The notes under the pieces were generated by a model. The model was not told the origin of the DNA and searched no databases. It saw only the letters and a program-made list of their open reading frames with translations. The position numbers and the translations under genes are program-made. This document shows positions 26,002 through 37,700 of a stretch of 64,000 nt of DNA, piece after piece. The DNA comes from a virus. The stretch covers positions 6,002-70,001 of the IMG/VR virus record IMGVR_UViG_3300042691_015010. One strand, written 5' to 3'. Each line of letters begins with the position of its first letter. Position 1 is the stretch's first letter.

Positions 26002-26739
26002 TTAAAATGATAATAATCTGGCAGCTCCTGTTCCAAGTATGGAAGTTATCGCAGAACCAAAATTATATTTTCCTTCGTAAATCGTTTCATATCTTTGATA
26101 AGCAAATTGAACAGTCACTCTATGAAATCCTTCTTCTGCCCAACTTAGTGGCTGAGCAGCAACACTGATTGGAAAAGCATCAATGAGATTTACTGCATAG
26201 ATTTGCTTGATAGTATCGTCAAATTGTGTTATAGTAATTTGCGTCATGTATCCAGAACTTCCTCTACCATCTCCTTTTGGAAAACGCAAGTTGTTTGTAT
26301 CTGTTGGCATAATAGATTCTAGCCATTTGTCAAATAACTTGCGTTCATAGAATTCATTCGTACATAAAAATGTAAAAGATGTTTCTTGATATTGAGTTTG
26401 ATATGGCACTTTGAATGTAGGACCATAAATCTTAACATCTTCAGTTTGTATTGTTTTACCTGGTAGTTCAGCAGTTTCACATTGAAGTGCAAGATAACGA
26501 GTCATTCCAGGATTAGCACTTTTTTTGGCGTCACCTTTTTGTCCTATGGCTTCACCTATAGCATCCGATATATCTGAGAATGCTGAATTAGGTAGATTCA
26601 ATATTTTTTCAATAATAGAATTATTGACAGAGTTACCAACATATCCAGGTATTGGCAGTATAACTTCATAGCGGCAAGGACGTGCTAAGCCATCTTTGCC
26701 TTTGATGTTTGATAAAAATAGATTTGGTGAAAACGACAT
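26002..26739 (-). CDS. tail tube-like / baseplate-tube initiator (gp54/gp19 family)
   Basis: Start MSFSPN via TAATG overlap with gp2; GLARPCRYEV, CETAELPG, LIDAFPISV, VTVQFAY. Confidence 0.8.
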   Translation of the reverse strand: MSFSPNLFLSNIKGKDGLARPCRYEVILPIPGYVGNSVNNSIIEKILNLPNSAFSDISDAIGEAIGQKGDAKKSANPGMTRYLALQCETAELPGKTIQTEDVKIYGPTFKVPYQTQYQETSFTFLCTNEFYERKLFDKWLESIMPTDTNNLRFPKGDGRGSSGYMTQITITQFDDTIKQIYAVNLIDAFPISVAAQPLSWAEEGFHRVTVQFAYQRYETIYEGKYNFGSAITSILGTGAARLLSF

Positions 26740-27320
26740 TAAAATTTGTCCTCTGAGTCTGACCAGACTTTGCTGGTACTTGCTTTGGCAAATGATTCTA
26801 CTGGTAACATGACGGCAATGTCCCATTCATCTGCGGTAATCTCAAGAAAACGAGATTGCACATGACTAGACAAGTATCGTTTGATACATGGTGTAGCCTC
26901 ATAGATTTTAGATGCTCGTTTCAAAAAATCATAACTGATTCTGAATCTGGTACCTTCATCATAATTACGATCCGTTAGAATCGTACTCAATTTGTCTAGA
27001 AGAATGATTCGTCGCTTTGGGTGAATGTAATGTAAATTCAACCCTAAAAACCCGTCTGAGTATCGTTCTATTGGAATTACCAATGGGAACCTGTCGTAAT
27101 ATGGCAACGAATCTTTCGTCTTTGGATCATAATAATAAAAGTACATACGACCTATGATAGACTGATTTTTTAGTCGTTCCCTATCACGCATCAAATCACC
27201 CTTAGTGGGTCTAAGTGCTGGAACTTTGGACTTTAGCCACGCTCTTGCTTGCTGAGTGCGTGGAACATATCCTGTCTTAGCAAGGGATTCCTTAATTCTA
27301 TCTATTAGTCGTTTCGCCAT
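26739..27320 (-). CDS. gp2: DNA end protector protein
   Basis: GRMYFYYYDPKTKDSLPYYDRFPLV, FLGLNLHY, CIKRYL, VWSDS. Confidence 0.93.
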   Translation of the reverse strand: MAKRLIDRIKESLAKTGYVPRTQQARAWLKSKVPALRPTKGDLMRDRERLKNQSIIGRMYFYYYDPKTKDSLPYYDRFPLVIPIERYSDGFLGLNLHYIHPKRRIILLDKLSTILTDRNYDEGTRFRISYDFLKRASKIYEATPCIKRYLSSHVQSRFLEITADEWDIAVMLPVESFAKASTSKVWSDSEDKF

Positions 27321-27327
27321 CTTTTAT

Positions 27328-27762
27328 TTATCTTATACCTAGATGCTTTTCTGTGAGAATCTGGAACTGCCAGCCATGATCTTTACAGAACTCCGTTGCT
27401 GCATGCCACTTGGCTTTGTTCACCTCATACGTAATGGCTTCATGTAGAAAAGTCTTTGTCTTACGTGTTTGTGTTGGTGGACGAGTTTGTTTATCTGGCT
27501 TGACTTCTATCACATAGGTCATAACTGTACCATCTGCTTTACGCATTTTAGCAACGAAGTCGGGAAAGTATCTGTGTTTTCTTTTGTCCACTGGACTGAT
27601 GTAGGGTATGACCAACTCCTCAGAACCCCACCAAATAACGTTTGGATTCTGGTCTAAATAATTCATTACCTTTATTTCCCACGTGGACCTATAGATGATA
27701 TTATTGGGATCACCTTTATATTTCTGTGGGTTTTTCGGTCTAAATCTACCTTTGTTTGACAT
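27328..27762 (-). CDS. gp4: head completion nuclease
   Basis: PKNPQKYKGD, YRSTWE, WGSEE, HRYFPDF, IEVKP, NKAKW, ILTE. Confidence 0.95.
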   Translation of the reverse strand: MSNKGRFRPKNPQKYKGDPNNIIYRSTWEIKVMNYLDQNPNVIWWGSEELVIPYISPVDKRKHRYFPDFVAKMRKADGTVMTYVIEVKPDKQTRPPTQTRKTKTFLHEAITYEVNKAKWHAATEFCKDHGWQFQILTEKHLGIR

Positions 27763-27767
27763 AAATA
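27760..27767 (+). promoter_or_regulatory. late promoter for the baseplate operon
   Basis: CATAAATA overlapping the gp4 start codon, upstream of gp48. Confidence 0.65.
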
Positions 27768-27794
27768 CTATCTAGTCAACAAATAGGAATCTCC

Positions 27795-29138
27795 ATGGCA
27801 TTTTTCGGTCTCTCAGACATTCGTTTCAATCATGATGATAAGCGTACTTTTGGACCACTTTCAGCCCTTGATGCTGTAGATAGCAAGTTCAAGAAAAACT
27901 CTTTAAAGTATCCTTTAGATGTGGGCAGTGCAGACAAAGGTCACTACATGATATTCTTTGTTCGTCAGCAAAAGAATACTCAATTTTCAGTTGAGTATCG
28001 TGGTGGTCAAGTATTTGATAAAGGCGCTGAAGAAAATATTCAAGATCGTTTGTCTAAAGGAATGTCTGTATCAAACAGCATATCTTCAAGTAAAATTAAA
28101 AACTCTTTTGCCGAAAAAATTAATAGAGGTGTTGAGAATCTAATTTCAACTGGCACCAAAGGTTTGATAAGTCGTGGTGGTGCTATTGGAAAAATTGGTT
28201 CTGGTATTGAGAATTGGGTAAATACAAATAATCCACCTCAAGTATCTCTAGGTGGCGAACAGAAAGCAAATGATAACATTACAAAGTCTGTAAAAAAGAT
28301 AACAGACAAATCACCTTTTGGCTTTATGAACAGCACACAATTGACAACAGATTCAATTGCTCTGTACATGCCAGATACAATTCAGTTTGATAGTCGCCAG
28401 TCATATGATGGCCTTTCTCCAGGTAAAGAACTATTAGGACAAGCACTTGTGGCATTACCAGGTTTGGTAGACACTTATAAAAATGGTGGCGGCAGAGCAG
28501 CATTGGAAGCAATCAAGAAAACTGGTGCTTTACAAACATTAGGTGAAAGAGTTATTGGTGGAATAACTGGCGCACAAGACACAACTCGTTTAGGTGTGTT
28601 TGGTGTAACTGGTCGTGTTGTAAATCCTATGTTAGAATTGATCTATAACTCACCAGACTTTCGTTCATTTCAGTTTGAGTTTTTCTTTTGGCCACGTGAT
28701 GAAGCAGAAGCATTAGAAGTTCAAAAAATTATTGATCGTTTTAGATTTCATCAAGCACCGGAACTTGAGAAAATCTCAGGTAAACAATCTGGTCTTTTGA
28801 TACCACCTTCAGAGTTTGATATTCAGTTCTACTATGCAGGTCGTCAAAATCCAAATATACCTCCAATCGCATCTTGTGTTCTTGAAAGCATACAAGTAAA
28901 TTATGCACCACGTGGTTGGGCAGCGTATGAAGTGCCAGGTGAAAACAATCCAGATATAGGTCGTACAGGTATGCCAGTTGGTATTCAAATGTCTCTTCAG
29001 TTTAGAGAAACAACCTATCTTACCAAAGAAGATTTTGATTCTGCTATTGGCGCACAGAATCCTTTTTCAACACCAGCCACAACTGGTGCTACTACACATT
29101 CAGTTCCTAGTTATAACAACGTAGGCGTACCGAGATAA
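27795..29138 (+). CDS. gp48: baseplate tail-tube cap
   Basis: LKYPLD, IALYMPD, NPMLELIYNSPDFRSFQFEF, PSEFDI, CVLESIQVNY, LQFRE. Confidence 0.88.
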   Translation: MAFFGLSDIRFNHDDKRTFGPLSALDAVDSKFKKNSLKYPLDVGSADKGHYMIFFVRQQKNTQFSVEYRGGQVFDKGAEENIQDRLSKGMSVSNSISSSKIKNSFAEKINRGVENLISTGTKGLISRGGAIGKIGSGIENWVNTNNPPQVSLGGEQKANDNITKSVKKITDKSPFGFMNSTQLTTDSIALYMPDTIQFDSRQSYDGLSPGKELLGQALVALPGLVDTYKNGGGRAALEAIKKTGALQTLGERVIGGITGAQDTTRLGVFGVTGRVVNPMLELIYNSPDFRSFQFEFFFWPRDEAEALEVQKIIDRFRFHQAPELEKISGKQSGLLIPPSEFDIQFYYAGRQNPNIPPIASCVLESIQVNYAPRGWAAYEVPGENNPDIGRTGMPVGIQMSLQFRETTYLTKEDFDSAIGAQNPFSTPATTGATTHSVPSYNNVGVPR

Positions 29139-29798
29139 ATGGCCAACTATTTTAATTTTTTTCCATCAACATTTTATAGTGTTGATTCAAATAATGATGG
29201 TTTAGATGTAGTAACAAACATCACAACTCGTTTTGCTTTTGAGCAAACGTTAAAAGAAAACTCTAATATTTTTTATCCATATGAGATAAAAGATTCTGAT
29301 ACACCAGAAACAATAGCTTACAAAATATATGGTAGTTCAGAACGTCATTGGATTGTTTTAAACTTCAATAATATAATTGATCCACAATATGATTGGCCAT
29401 TATCATATCCTAATTTTATTCAATACGTTAATGACAAGTATGCAGCCAATGGAGCCGCAAACACCACAGTTCAAACAGGTCTAACTTGGGCACAAAGTCA
29501 GAATAATATTCATTCTTATTATCAAGTTAATACAAGAACTTCAACAGCGATAACTGCCGATAGTAAAACGATAAAAGAAAGAATCCGCATCACAGCAGAT
29601 GTTTATACCAATCTTATTGTTGGAACAACGCCATACACTTTGAATAATGGAACAATTATAAATGAAACTGTAAGTAAAGAGAAATTGACTTATTATGACT
29701 ATGAAATGGAAGTGAATGAAGCCAAAAGAAAAATTAAATTATTAAAACCTGAGTTTGTATCTGATGTATTTGATGAGTTTAAAGAGATAGTTAAGTAA
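29139..29798 (+). CDS. gp53: baseplate wedge subunit
   Basis: YFNFFP, DTPETIAYKIYG, HWIVL, DWPL, YEMEVNEAKRKIKLLKP. Confidence 0.9.
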   Translation: MANYFNFFPSTFYSVDSNNDGLDVVTNITTRFAFEQTLKENSNIFYPYEIKDSDTPETIAYKIYGSSERHWIVLNFNNIIDPQYDWPLSYPNFIQYVNDKYAANGAANTTVQTGLTWAQSQNNIHSYYQVNTRTSTAITADSKTIKERIRITADVYTNLIVGTTPYTLNNGTIINETVSKEKLTYYDYEMEVNEAKRKIKLLKPEFVSDVFDEFKEIVK

Positions 29799-31123
29799 TG
29801 TCTATTGAACTAAAAGATTCCACACAGTTTAAAGTAAAGCAGATTTCCATCATGACCAAAGGTGGAGCCATTGATGTTGCTCCTCTATATGATGAAATAA
29901 ACATATATGATTCTTTGTTTATACCAATGATGTCTGGAAACATATTGATAACTGACACCATTGGTCTATCAAAAGAACTCAACTTTGATGGTTCAGAAGT
30001 TATTTACTTTAATATAGAGAAGAGTTCAAACTTTATTCCATTTACCAAATCATTTAGAATATACAAGCAAACCGATCGTAGAAACGTCAATCAATCCACT
30101 GAGAAATATGTTTTACATTTTATTGCCGATGAGTTTGTATTTTCAAGTCAGCAGAGAGTAAATCAAAGTTATCAAATGCCGTATTCAGAAATTGCAAAGA
30201 AGATTCTTTCAACGTATTTGAAGTTAGAAAACAATGAAAGAGGCATCATTGAGAATACATCTGGAATAAAAAAAGTAGTTGTACCGAACTTACATCCGAT
30301 GGAAGCAATAGAATGGTGTGCCAGACGATCAGTGGACAGTAGAAATGCGCCAAGTTTTGTTTTCTTTTCCAACATAATTGGTTACAACTACGTTTCTTTA
30401 TCAAGTCTTTTGAAAAAAGATTCTATTTTAAGAATCAACTTTGATCCAAAAAACTTATCTAAAAATGACTCTCTTGATGAGATGAGTAGTGCTAGAGGTT
30501 ATGAATTAATTTTACAAAACGATTCTATTGATAAGATTCGTAGTGGTGTGAATGCCGGCAAGTTTATTGGTTTTGATCCAATTACTGGAAGTTTTAGTGA
30601 AAAGAATATTACGTTTGCTGATCATTACAAAACAATGGATCATTTGAATAAAAATCCTAATCAGACAACTATTTACAACAAAGACAATACAACAAATATA
30701 ACAGCAATTGATTCACGTAAAGTGTTAAGTATTTTTGGTGCAAATAGAAAAAAGAGTTCGTACATAAAGAAGAAAGATCCAGAATCTATTTCAAAAGTGG
30801 AAGATTATGAGAACTTTGCTTTTCAAAGACGAGCAATTTTCAAGAATCTAATTGCTAAGAGAATGAAAGTTATTATGCCAGGAAACTTCCAATTAACATC
30901 TGGCTTCAACGTGGATGTTTTGACATCTGGCTTCAATCGTAAAAATAAAGGTTCACAAAATGAGGATGTTTCTTTGAATGGTAAATATTTAATAGTAGCG
31001 GCAAGGCACACATTGACAAATAATAAGCATGAAACTTTGATTGAGATTGCAACTGATTCTACAAACGATCTTCAAGTTTATACAAGCAATCCGCAACAAA
31101 ATGAGTTGTTGAAGGAATCATAA
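29798..31123 (+). CDS. baseplate hub protein (gp27-like position)
   Basis: Between gp53 and gp5; INIYDSLF.PMMSGNI, LNGKYLIVAARH. Confidence 0.75.
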   Translation: MSIELKDSTQFKVKQISIMTKGGAIDVAPLYDEINIYDSLFIPMMSGNILITDTIGLSKELNFDGSEVIYFNIEKSSNFIPFTKSFRIYKQTDRRNVNQSTEKYVLHFIADEFVFSSQQRVNQSYQMPYSEIAKKILSTYLKLENNERGIIENTSGIKKVVVPNLHPMEAIEWCARRSVDSRNAPSFVFFSNIIGYNYVSLSSLLKKDSILRINFDPKNLSKNDSLDEMSSARGYELILQNDSIDKIRSGVNAGKFIGFDPITGSFSEKNITFADHYKTMDHLNKNPNQTTIYNKDNTTNITAIDSRKVLSIFGANRKKSSYIKKKDPESISKVEDYENFAFQRRAIFKNLIAKRMKVIMPGNFQLTSGFNVDVLTSGFNRKNKGSQNEDVSLNGKYLIVAARHTLTNNKHETLIEIATDSTNDLQVYTSNPQQNELLKES

Positions 31124-31935
31124 TGAGTGATGCTGCATACGATTTTGCGGGTAAAGGTAATTTTGTTTGGTGGGTTGGTGTTGTTGAAGATAGACAAGAT
31201 CCATTAAAGTTGGGTCGTTGTCGTGTTCGTTGTATTGGTTGGCATTCTCAAAATAAAATGCAACTACCAACGAACATGTTACCGTGGGCTGTGCCTAGCA
31301 TACCAATAAACATGTCAAATGTTTACACACCTAAAGAAGGTGATATGGTATTTGGCTTTTTTGTTGATGATGAAAATGCACAAGAACCTGTAATGATGGG
31401 TATGTTTCCTAGTATACCATTAGAAGCGGGCAATCCACAAAGAGCATTTCAAGATCCAAGAACAAGCACAGAACTTGCTGCTGCGCCAGTAAAACCTTAT
31501 GAGTCAGCAACAAACTATCCACGTAAACTGGATGAACCAACAACATCTAGATTAGCACGAAACGATTCAGATTATCCATCAGAGATTGTAGCGGCAAAGA
31601 AAGCAAAACGAGCAAGTAAAGTTGAGCCTGCGTCTTACTATGCTGCAAAGTATCCATACAACAATGTGTATGAATCTGAATCAGGTCATGCATTAGAGTT
31701 TGATGATACAAAAGGTGCAGAGCGTGTTCATGTATATCATCGTTCGGGATCATATACTGAATGGGCACCAGACGGTTCACGTTCAGAAAGAATACAAAAA
31801 GATAAGTTTGAAGTTGTTGTTGGTAATGAGAAAGTATACATCAAAGGTGATGTTCAAATATATGTTGATGGTAATTATAGACTTGATGTAACTGGTGATA
31901 TTATAATCAATGGTAAAACAATTAATCTAAACTAA
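31123..31935 (+). CDS. gp5: short baseplate spike protein (OB-fold + beta-helix, no lysozyme domain)
   Basis: WWVGVVEDRQDPLKLGRCRVRC, YPYNNVYESESGH..EFDDT. Confidence 0.9.
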   Translation: MSDAAYDFAGKGNFVWWVGVVEDRQDPLKLGRCRVRCIGWHSQNKMQLPTNMLPWAVPSIPINMSNVYTPKEGDMVFGFFVDDENAQEPVMMGMFPSIPLEAGNPQRAFQDPRTSTELAAAPVKPYESATNYPRKLDEPTTSRLARNDSDYPSEIVAAKKAKRASKVEPASYYAAKYPYNNVYESESGHALEFDDTKGAERVHVYHRSGSYTEWAPDGSRSERIQKDKFEVVVGNEKVYIKGDVQIYVDGNYRLDVTGDIIINGKTINLN

Positions 31936-31936
31936 T

Positions 31937-32242
31937 ATGCCAGCAGTTTCAAGAAAAAGTGGAACAGATTCTATATCTACAGGTCACGGATGTGATACCA
32001 CAACTGTCACGGATCAAGGTTCTTCTGATGTATTTGTGAATAGTATCGGTGCCGTTCGTGCTGGTGATTTATGTCAAGTTCACTTAATACCGTCTGGTGA
32101 TAGTTGTGTGCCACATACAGTGTCTTTGACTTCATATTCTAGCACAGTATTTGTCAATGGAAAAGGCGTTGGAAGAGTCGGTGATGCATATTCTGGACAC
32201 ACACTGACTTCTGGTTCTGGTAATGTTTTTGCTGGAGGTTGA
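31937..32242 (+). CDS. PAAR spike-tip protein (gp5.4-like)
   Basis: MPAVSR, GSSDVFVN, GRVGD, GSGNVFAG. Confidence 0.92.
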   Translation: MPAVSRKSGTDSISTGHGCDTTTVTDQGSSDVFVNSIGAVRAGDLCQVHLIPSGDSCVPHTVSLTSYSSTVFVNGKGVGRVGDAYSGHTLTSGSGNVFAGG

Positions 32243-32253
32243 ATAAATACAAA

Positions 32254-32676
32254 ATGGCAACCACAATAACATCAAGAAATCCAGCAATATCATCTGAAAG
32301 AATATTCAGAGATTTGGATTTAAACTTTAATTCACATCCTGTAAAAAAAGATGTGTCTAAGCATATCAACGAATATGCAATTATAAACTCAGTTAAGAAT
32401 CTAGTTTCTACCAACTTCTATGAACGTCCATTTCGTCCAGAAATTGGTTCTGGTGTTAGAAGTCTTTTATTTGAAAACGTTGATCCGTTGGTGGCAGCAC
32501 AATTAGAAAGAGCGTTATGGGAAACAATTGGTAATTATGAACCTAGAGTTTCCGTAACTAATATAAGAGCACAAGCATCACCAGACGACAACTTATATGC
32601 GGTGACACTAACTTTTATGATTGTAAATAATCCAAATCCAATTACCATTGATTTCTTCTTAGAGAGAATTAGATAA
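32254..32676 (+). CDS. gp25: baseplate wedge subunit
   Basis: DLDLNF..HP, TNFYERPFRPEIGS, NYEPRV; late-promoter-like AATAAATA at 32242-32249. Confidence 0.93.
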   Translation: MATTITSRNPAISSERIFRDLDLNFNSHPVKKDVSKHINEYAIINSVKNLVSTNFYERPFRPEIGSGVRSLLFENVDPLVAAQLERALWETIGNYEPRVSVTNIRAQASPDDNLYAVTLTFMIVNNPNPITIDFFLERIR

Positions 32677-32678
32677 AA

Positions 32679-34739
32679 ATGGCAGATCGTTTAAGAATAA
32701 CCGAGCTTGACTTTGATACGATCAAGCAAAATCTAAAAACATTTTTAAATCAGCAATCAGAGTTTACTGACTATGACTTTGAAGGTTCTGGTCTATCCGT
32801 TCTATTAGATATTCTTGCTTATAATACACATTATCAGGCATATTATCTGAATATGGTGGCAAATGAAGCATTTATGGATACTGCATTGCTTCGTGAATCT
32901 GTAATATCACATGCTAAAACATTAGGCTATGTTCCTTATTCACGTAAAGCACCACGTGCTGTAATCAATTTTACTGCAAATACCAATTCAAATACATCAT
33001 CTACTTTAACTCTACCAAAAGGATTTAGATTCTTATCAAACGATATTGATGGTATAAGTTATTCGTTTGTAACACTAGCTGAAACAAAAGTAACAAAATC
33101 AAATACAAGTTTTTCTTTTGTGAATCTTCCAATTTATGAAGGACAGTTGGTAACATATTCATATAATCACAATCAAGCCACAAATCCAAAACAGATTTTT
33201 ACTTTGCCAGATGATAGTGTAGATACTACAACTATTTCAATAACAGTTCAGCCTTCATCAACAAACACAGAGATTTCCGTATATTCTTTGGCCACAGACG
33301 CAAGTAATACAAATACTCAATCTGAAGTTTTTTACTTACAAGAGGGCAAAGCACAACAATATCAAATCTATTTTGGCGACAACGTGATTGGCAAGAAACT
33401 TCCTGATGGAGCGATTGTTAATATCAGTTATTTGGTAACAAATGGTGATGCGTCAAATAAAGCAAACAACTTTGTTGCCACTGGAACAGTTACAGATTCT
33501 TTGAATAATACATTATCAAACTTTGTTATTGATCCTGTATCAGAGGCGGCTGGTGGTTCAGATCGTGAATCAGTGGACAATATTAAGTTTGCTGCGCCAT
33601 TACAATTTACAACTCAGAATCGTCTGGTGACGTTTAAAGATTATGAGACATACATTCAAAAGAGTTATCCTGCTATAACGTCTGTATCTGTTTGGGGCGG
33701 TGAAGATGAAACGCCACCAACTTTTGGCACTGTGTATGTTGCACTAAGACCAAAAGAAAATTACTATTTGTCGGACACAGAGAAGCAAAGAATCATTGAT
33801 GAGATTATCAAGCCTAAAGCGGTGGTTGCAGTGCAAACAATCATTCGTGATCCAGAATATCTGTATCTTTTGATTTCCGCTGATGTAAGTTACGATAAAA
33901 ATAAAACTACACTTACGGAAGAACAACTAAAGACAGCAATCAGAAATGCCATTTTACAATACAAAACAACTTATCTTGACAAGTTCTCTGGCAAGTTTGT
34001 AGAGTCAAGAGTTCAAGATGCAATTGATGCTGTAGATAGAAATGCTATTTTAGGCAGCACAATTGTTACACGTGTACAGAAAAGAATTACACCTGATGTG
34101 ACAGCAGCAGTTCCATATACGATTGATTTTGGTGTACCACTCCGTAGAGGCACAATTGGTAATAAACTTGAATCAACATTCTTTACCGTTGCTGATGCTG
34201 AAGGTATAGATCGTTCAGTGCAATTTGATGAAATACCACAATCATTTTCTGGTATTAGTGCAGTCAAAGTAATCAATCCTGGTCAGGGATACATTAGTCA
34301 ACCAACAGTGACGATTGAGGGTGATGGTGAAGGTGCAAACGCTGTTGCTGTAATCGTGAATGGAGCAATTCAAAGTATTGATGTGACGAATCGTGGTATT
34401 GATTACACACGTGCTACTGTTACTATTTCTGGTGGAGGTGGTTATGGAGCATCTGCTACGGCAGTTATTGATGGTCGTGTTGGTACTATTCGTACTGTAT
34501 ATTATGATGCTAGAGCACAGCGTCAAATTGTAGATGATAATGCTGGTGAGATTGATTATGATACCGGAGTCGTGAAGATTTCAAACATTCTAATTAAAGA
34601 TGTTGATTCTGTTGATGGCGATATTCGTCTTTCAATTGAGTCAGAAAAAGGTATACTAAGTACAATCAAAAATAACATCATCACGATTGATGAGAATGAT
34701 CCAACATCTATTAGTACAACTCTACAAGCAGCAAAATGA
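32679..34739 (+). CDS. gp6: baseplate wedge subunit
   Basis: ELDFDTIK, DYDFEGSGLSVLLDILAYNTHY, QNRLVTFKDY, VWGGED. Confidence 0.95.
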   Translation: MADRLRITELDFDTIKQNLKTFLNQQSEFTDYDFEGSGLSVLLDILAYNTHYQAYYLNMVANEAFMDTALLRESVISHAKTLGYVPYSRKAPRAVINFTANTNSNTSSTLTLPKGFRFLSNDIDGISYSFVTLAETKVTKSNTSFSFVNLPIYEGQLVTYSYNHNQATNPKQIFTLPDDSVDTTTISITVQPSSTNTEISVYSLATDASNTNTQSEVFYLQEGKAQQYQIYFGDNVIGKKLPDGAIVNISYLVTNGDASNKANNFVATGTVTDSLNNTLSNFVIDPVSEAAGGSDRESVDNIKFAAPLQFTTQNRLVTFKDYETYIQKSYPAITSVSVWGGEDETPPTFGTVYVALRPKENYYLSDTEKQRIIDEIIKPKAVVAVQTIIRDPEYLYLLISADVSYDKNKTTLTEEQLKTAIRNAILQYKTTYLDKFSGKFVESRVQDAIDAVDRNAILGSTIVTRVQKRITPDVTAAVPYTIDFGVPLRRGTIGNKLESTFFTVADAEGIDRSVQFDEIPQSFSGISAVKVINPGQGYISQPTVTIEGDGEGANAVAVIVNGAIQSIDVTNRGIDYTRATVTISGGGGYGASATAVIDGRVGTIRTVYYDARAQRQIVDDNAGEIDYDTGVVKISNILIKDVDSVDGDIRLSIESEKGILSTIKNNIITIDENDPTSISTTLQAAK

Positions 34740-37700
34740 CTACTGATTTAAAAACGTCTATACTTGTAAACGGACAGGTACCTGAATATGTACGTGACGA
34801 ATATCCAAAGTTCGTAGCGTTTCTACAAGCATACTATGAGTTTCTGGAACAAAAACAAGGATCAGAAATCAATGATTTGGCAACTGTAGCCAAGAATCTA
34901 CGTACAATCAAAGATGTTGATGAATCAATTGATAGTTTTGAGCAGAGTTTTTATAACACATACGGTGCTTTAATACCTGCTGATGTTCAGGCGAACAAGG
35001 CACTTCTCTTCAAGCATCTTGTTGAACTCTATAGAACAAAGGGTGCAGAAAATTCCTTTAAGTTATTATTTCAATTGGTGTTTGGTGAAGATTTAGAAGT
35101 TCTTTTACCTAAAAATAATGTACTGAAACCATCAGCAAGTAAGTGGACAGTTGATAACAAACTTCGTATTAATACTGACGTTTTCTCTTTATACAGTGGT
35201 AATGGCACACAAAAAACGTTTGTTCTTCCACAACAATTTGATGTGGACCAGGTATCCGTTTCTATTGATGGTATAACTAAAGAAAATCTTGTAGATTATG
35301 TTATCAACAAAGAATATCGTAAATTAATTTTTAACACTGCTCCTACAAATGGCGCAACTATAAGAGTCAATTTTTCTGATTTTGATTTTAAACTATTTGT
35401 AAATCGTAAAGTTACAGGATTGTCATCAGGCGCTAGTGCTATTATTGAGGATGCCAATCGTAGAATTATTTCAGACACATTCAATCTAGGTTTGCCAGTT
35501 GAACTTTTGGTTAATGCTAAATCTCGTAGAGGAACATTCTTAAACGGTGAGACAGTATCAATTCCAATTTTAGATGCAAATGACGAACTAATTGAAGTTC
35601 GTGCTTCATCATTCTCTGTAATTAAAAGATTTACCGTTGTTAATAGTGGAAGTGGATATGTTGTAGGCGATAAAGTTACTGTATTTGGCGGAAACTCTTC
35701 TGTAAATGCCATAGGAACTGTTTCAGAGATTTTCTCTGGAACATTATCTTCCATAGTATCGTTGGTAGGTGGTGCCGTATTTACAAACACATCTCCTATT
35801 GTTCCATCAGGAAATGGAATTTATGCTATTGAGGCATTCGTTGATGGTATTGATGTTAGTGGTACAAAGTCAGCAAACAATTTTTTAGTATCAACCGACA
35901 TTATAGGTTCATTTAATGGTAGTATTCATGCAGCGAACACTGTAATTAGTTGCACAAACTATGGATTCGTAAACGCAAATATACCTACTGGTGAAAATGC
36001 AAGCACTAGACTTATTGATGCTTTATCTTTTGATCGTTTAACTGTTGGACCAATTACCAATGTAAAAATTCTTATTACTGGTGTTCCATTAGATGTTCCA
36101 GTTTCTCTGGATGCATTTGGCGCCTTGTATGGACCAAACACAAATTATAGAACCGTAAAAAGTTTAGGCTCAATCGGTTCTTTTAAAATTAATGATGGTG
36201 GAAATGGATATAAAGTTGGTGATGAAATAGTTTTTGGTCAGAATCCAATTATGACTTTTGGCCAAGGCGGCGCTGCTGTTGTTGGTAGCGTCAACGCTAT
36301 TGGTTCTATTGTAAGAGTCGATGTTGCAAATGCCCGAGTTTCTGGCACAGTGTCTTTATCTGGTGCACCGCCCTCTTCCTCTTTGCAAGGAACTGGCACT
36401 TCATTTACAAATGAATTAAAAGTTGGAGATATAATTGATGTTAATGGTGAGTCTAGAATGGTTGCAACCATTACATCAGACACAGTTCTATCTGTTAAAG
36501 ATATAGACGGCATTTCCTCTAATCCATTTAATAAAGCACACTCAAATCAAAAACTTGGGGTATTTAATTATTATCCTAAAGGTGGTCATGGATACATTCA
36601 AAACAATTTTCCGACTGTAACTGTTTCTTCTCCAACAGGCGTTGGTGCAAATATACAAATCGCTTCTATTGCTTCAGATGGTGAACAGTTGCAACCTTCA
36701 GGTAATGGTGTTATTGGTTCTATTGTTACAGTTGATGTTGTTGATCCAGGATCAGGATATGAATTTATTCCCGTTAGTGTGATTGAAAGTGCTACCGGAG
36801 TTGGCGCTAAAGTTAGAGCAGAAGTTGAACAATCTTATGTTACCACAGAGGGAAGATGGACAACATCTGATTCTATTATTTCTTCAATGGAAAGAAAGAT
36901 TCAGGGTCAAGATTATTATGTTGACTACTCTTATGTCTTATCATCAAAAGTTGAGTTTTTTAAATACAAGAAAATATTAAAAGAACTTCTACATCCTGTT
37001 GGAATGGTAGATTATTCCGAATACAAAAAGTCGCAAGTAATTGAAGGCGAAGATATTCTTGTTAAAAAGAAAAACATCACTACAGATGAGCAGTTTAGAA
37101 CAATTGGCGGCCGAGTTAATGTTGGAAATGGTAGTATTATAGTTACTGGAATTAATACAAAGTTCAACACGGCAGCTTATTTAGGAATTATAGAACCAGT
37201 AAGTCGATTGACAAAAATTGCAGTTAATGGTGAAATTAGAACTGTTAATACAATTTTGAGTAATACGATAATGTTAACCATTGGTGAGGTTGCGAATGTT
37301 GCGGTTGCGAACTCTGGAAACGGATATGTAAACGGTAATTTAGTTTTCTCAAATGGTGGTGGCACTATAACAGGTCTTTCAATTAGACCAGGATACAATG
37401 GTTCTGGATATTCAAACGGCATCATCGTGTTTAAGAATGTTGAAGAAGGTATAGTTGCAATTGCGAACGCTGAAGTTTACCCATCAAATGGCGCTCTAAG
37501 AAGAGTTTCTCTTACTTCTGGAGGATTATATTCTGATAAACCTATTGCAGAACCTTTTACAGATCCACATCTAGTATTCTATTCAAACACTGTAACAGTA
37601 ACAAATCTTGGTAGAGGATATACAAAAGGTAAACTTATACCAATTGGTGGGGCGCCTGTAAGAGAAACACAGATATCTTTTGATGTGTATTCTAGTAATG

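Noticed and set aside
26740-26826. N-terminal extension of the tube-like gene overlapping gp2
   Set aside because: A TAATG coupling at 26739 gives the more plausible start (MSFSPN).
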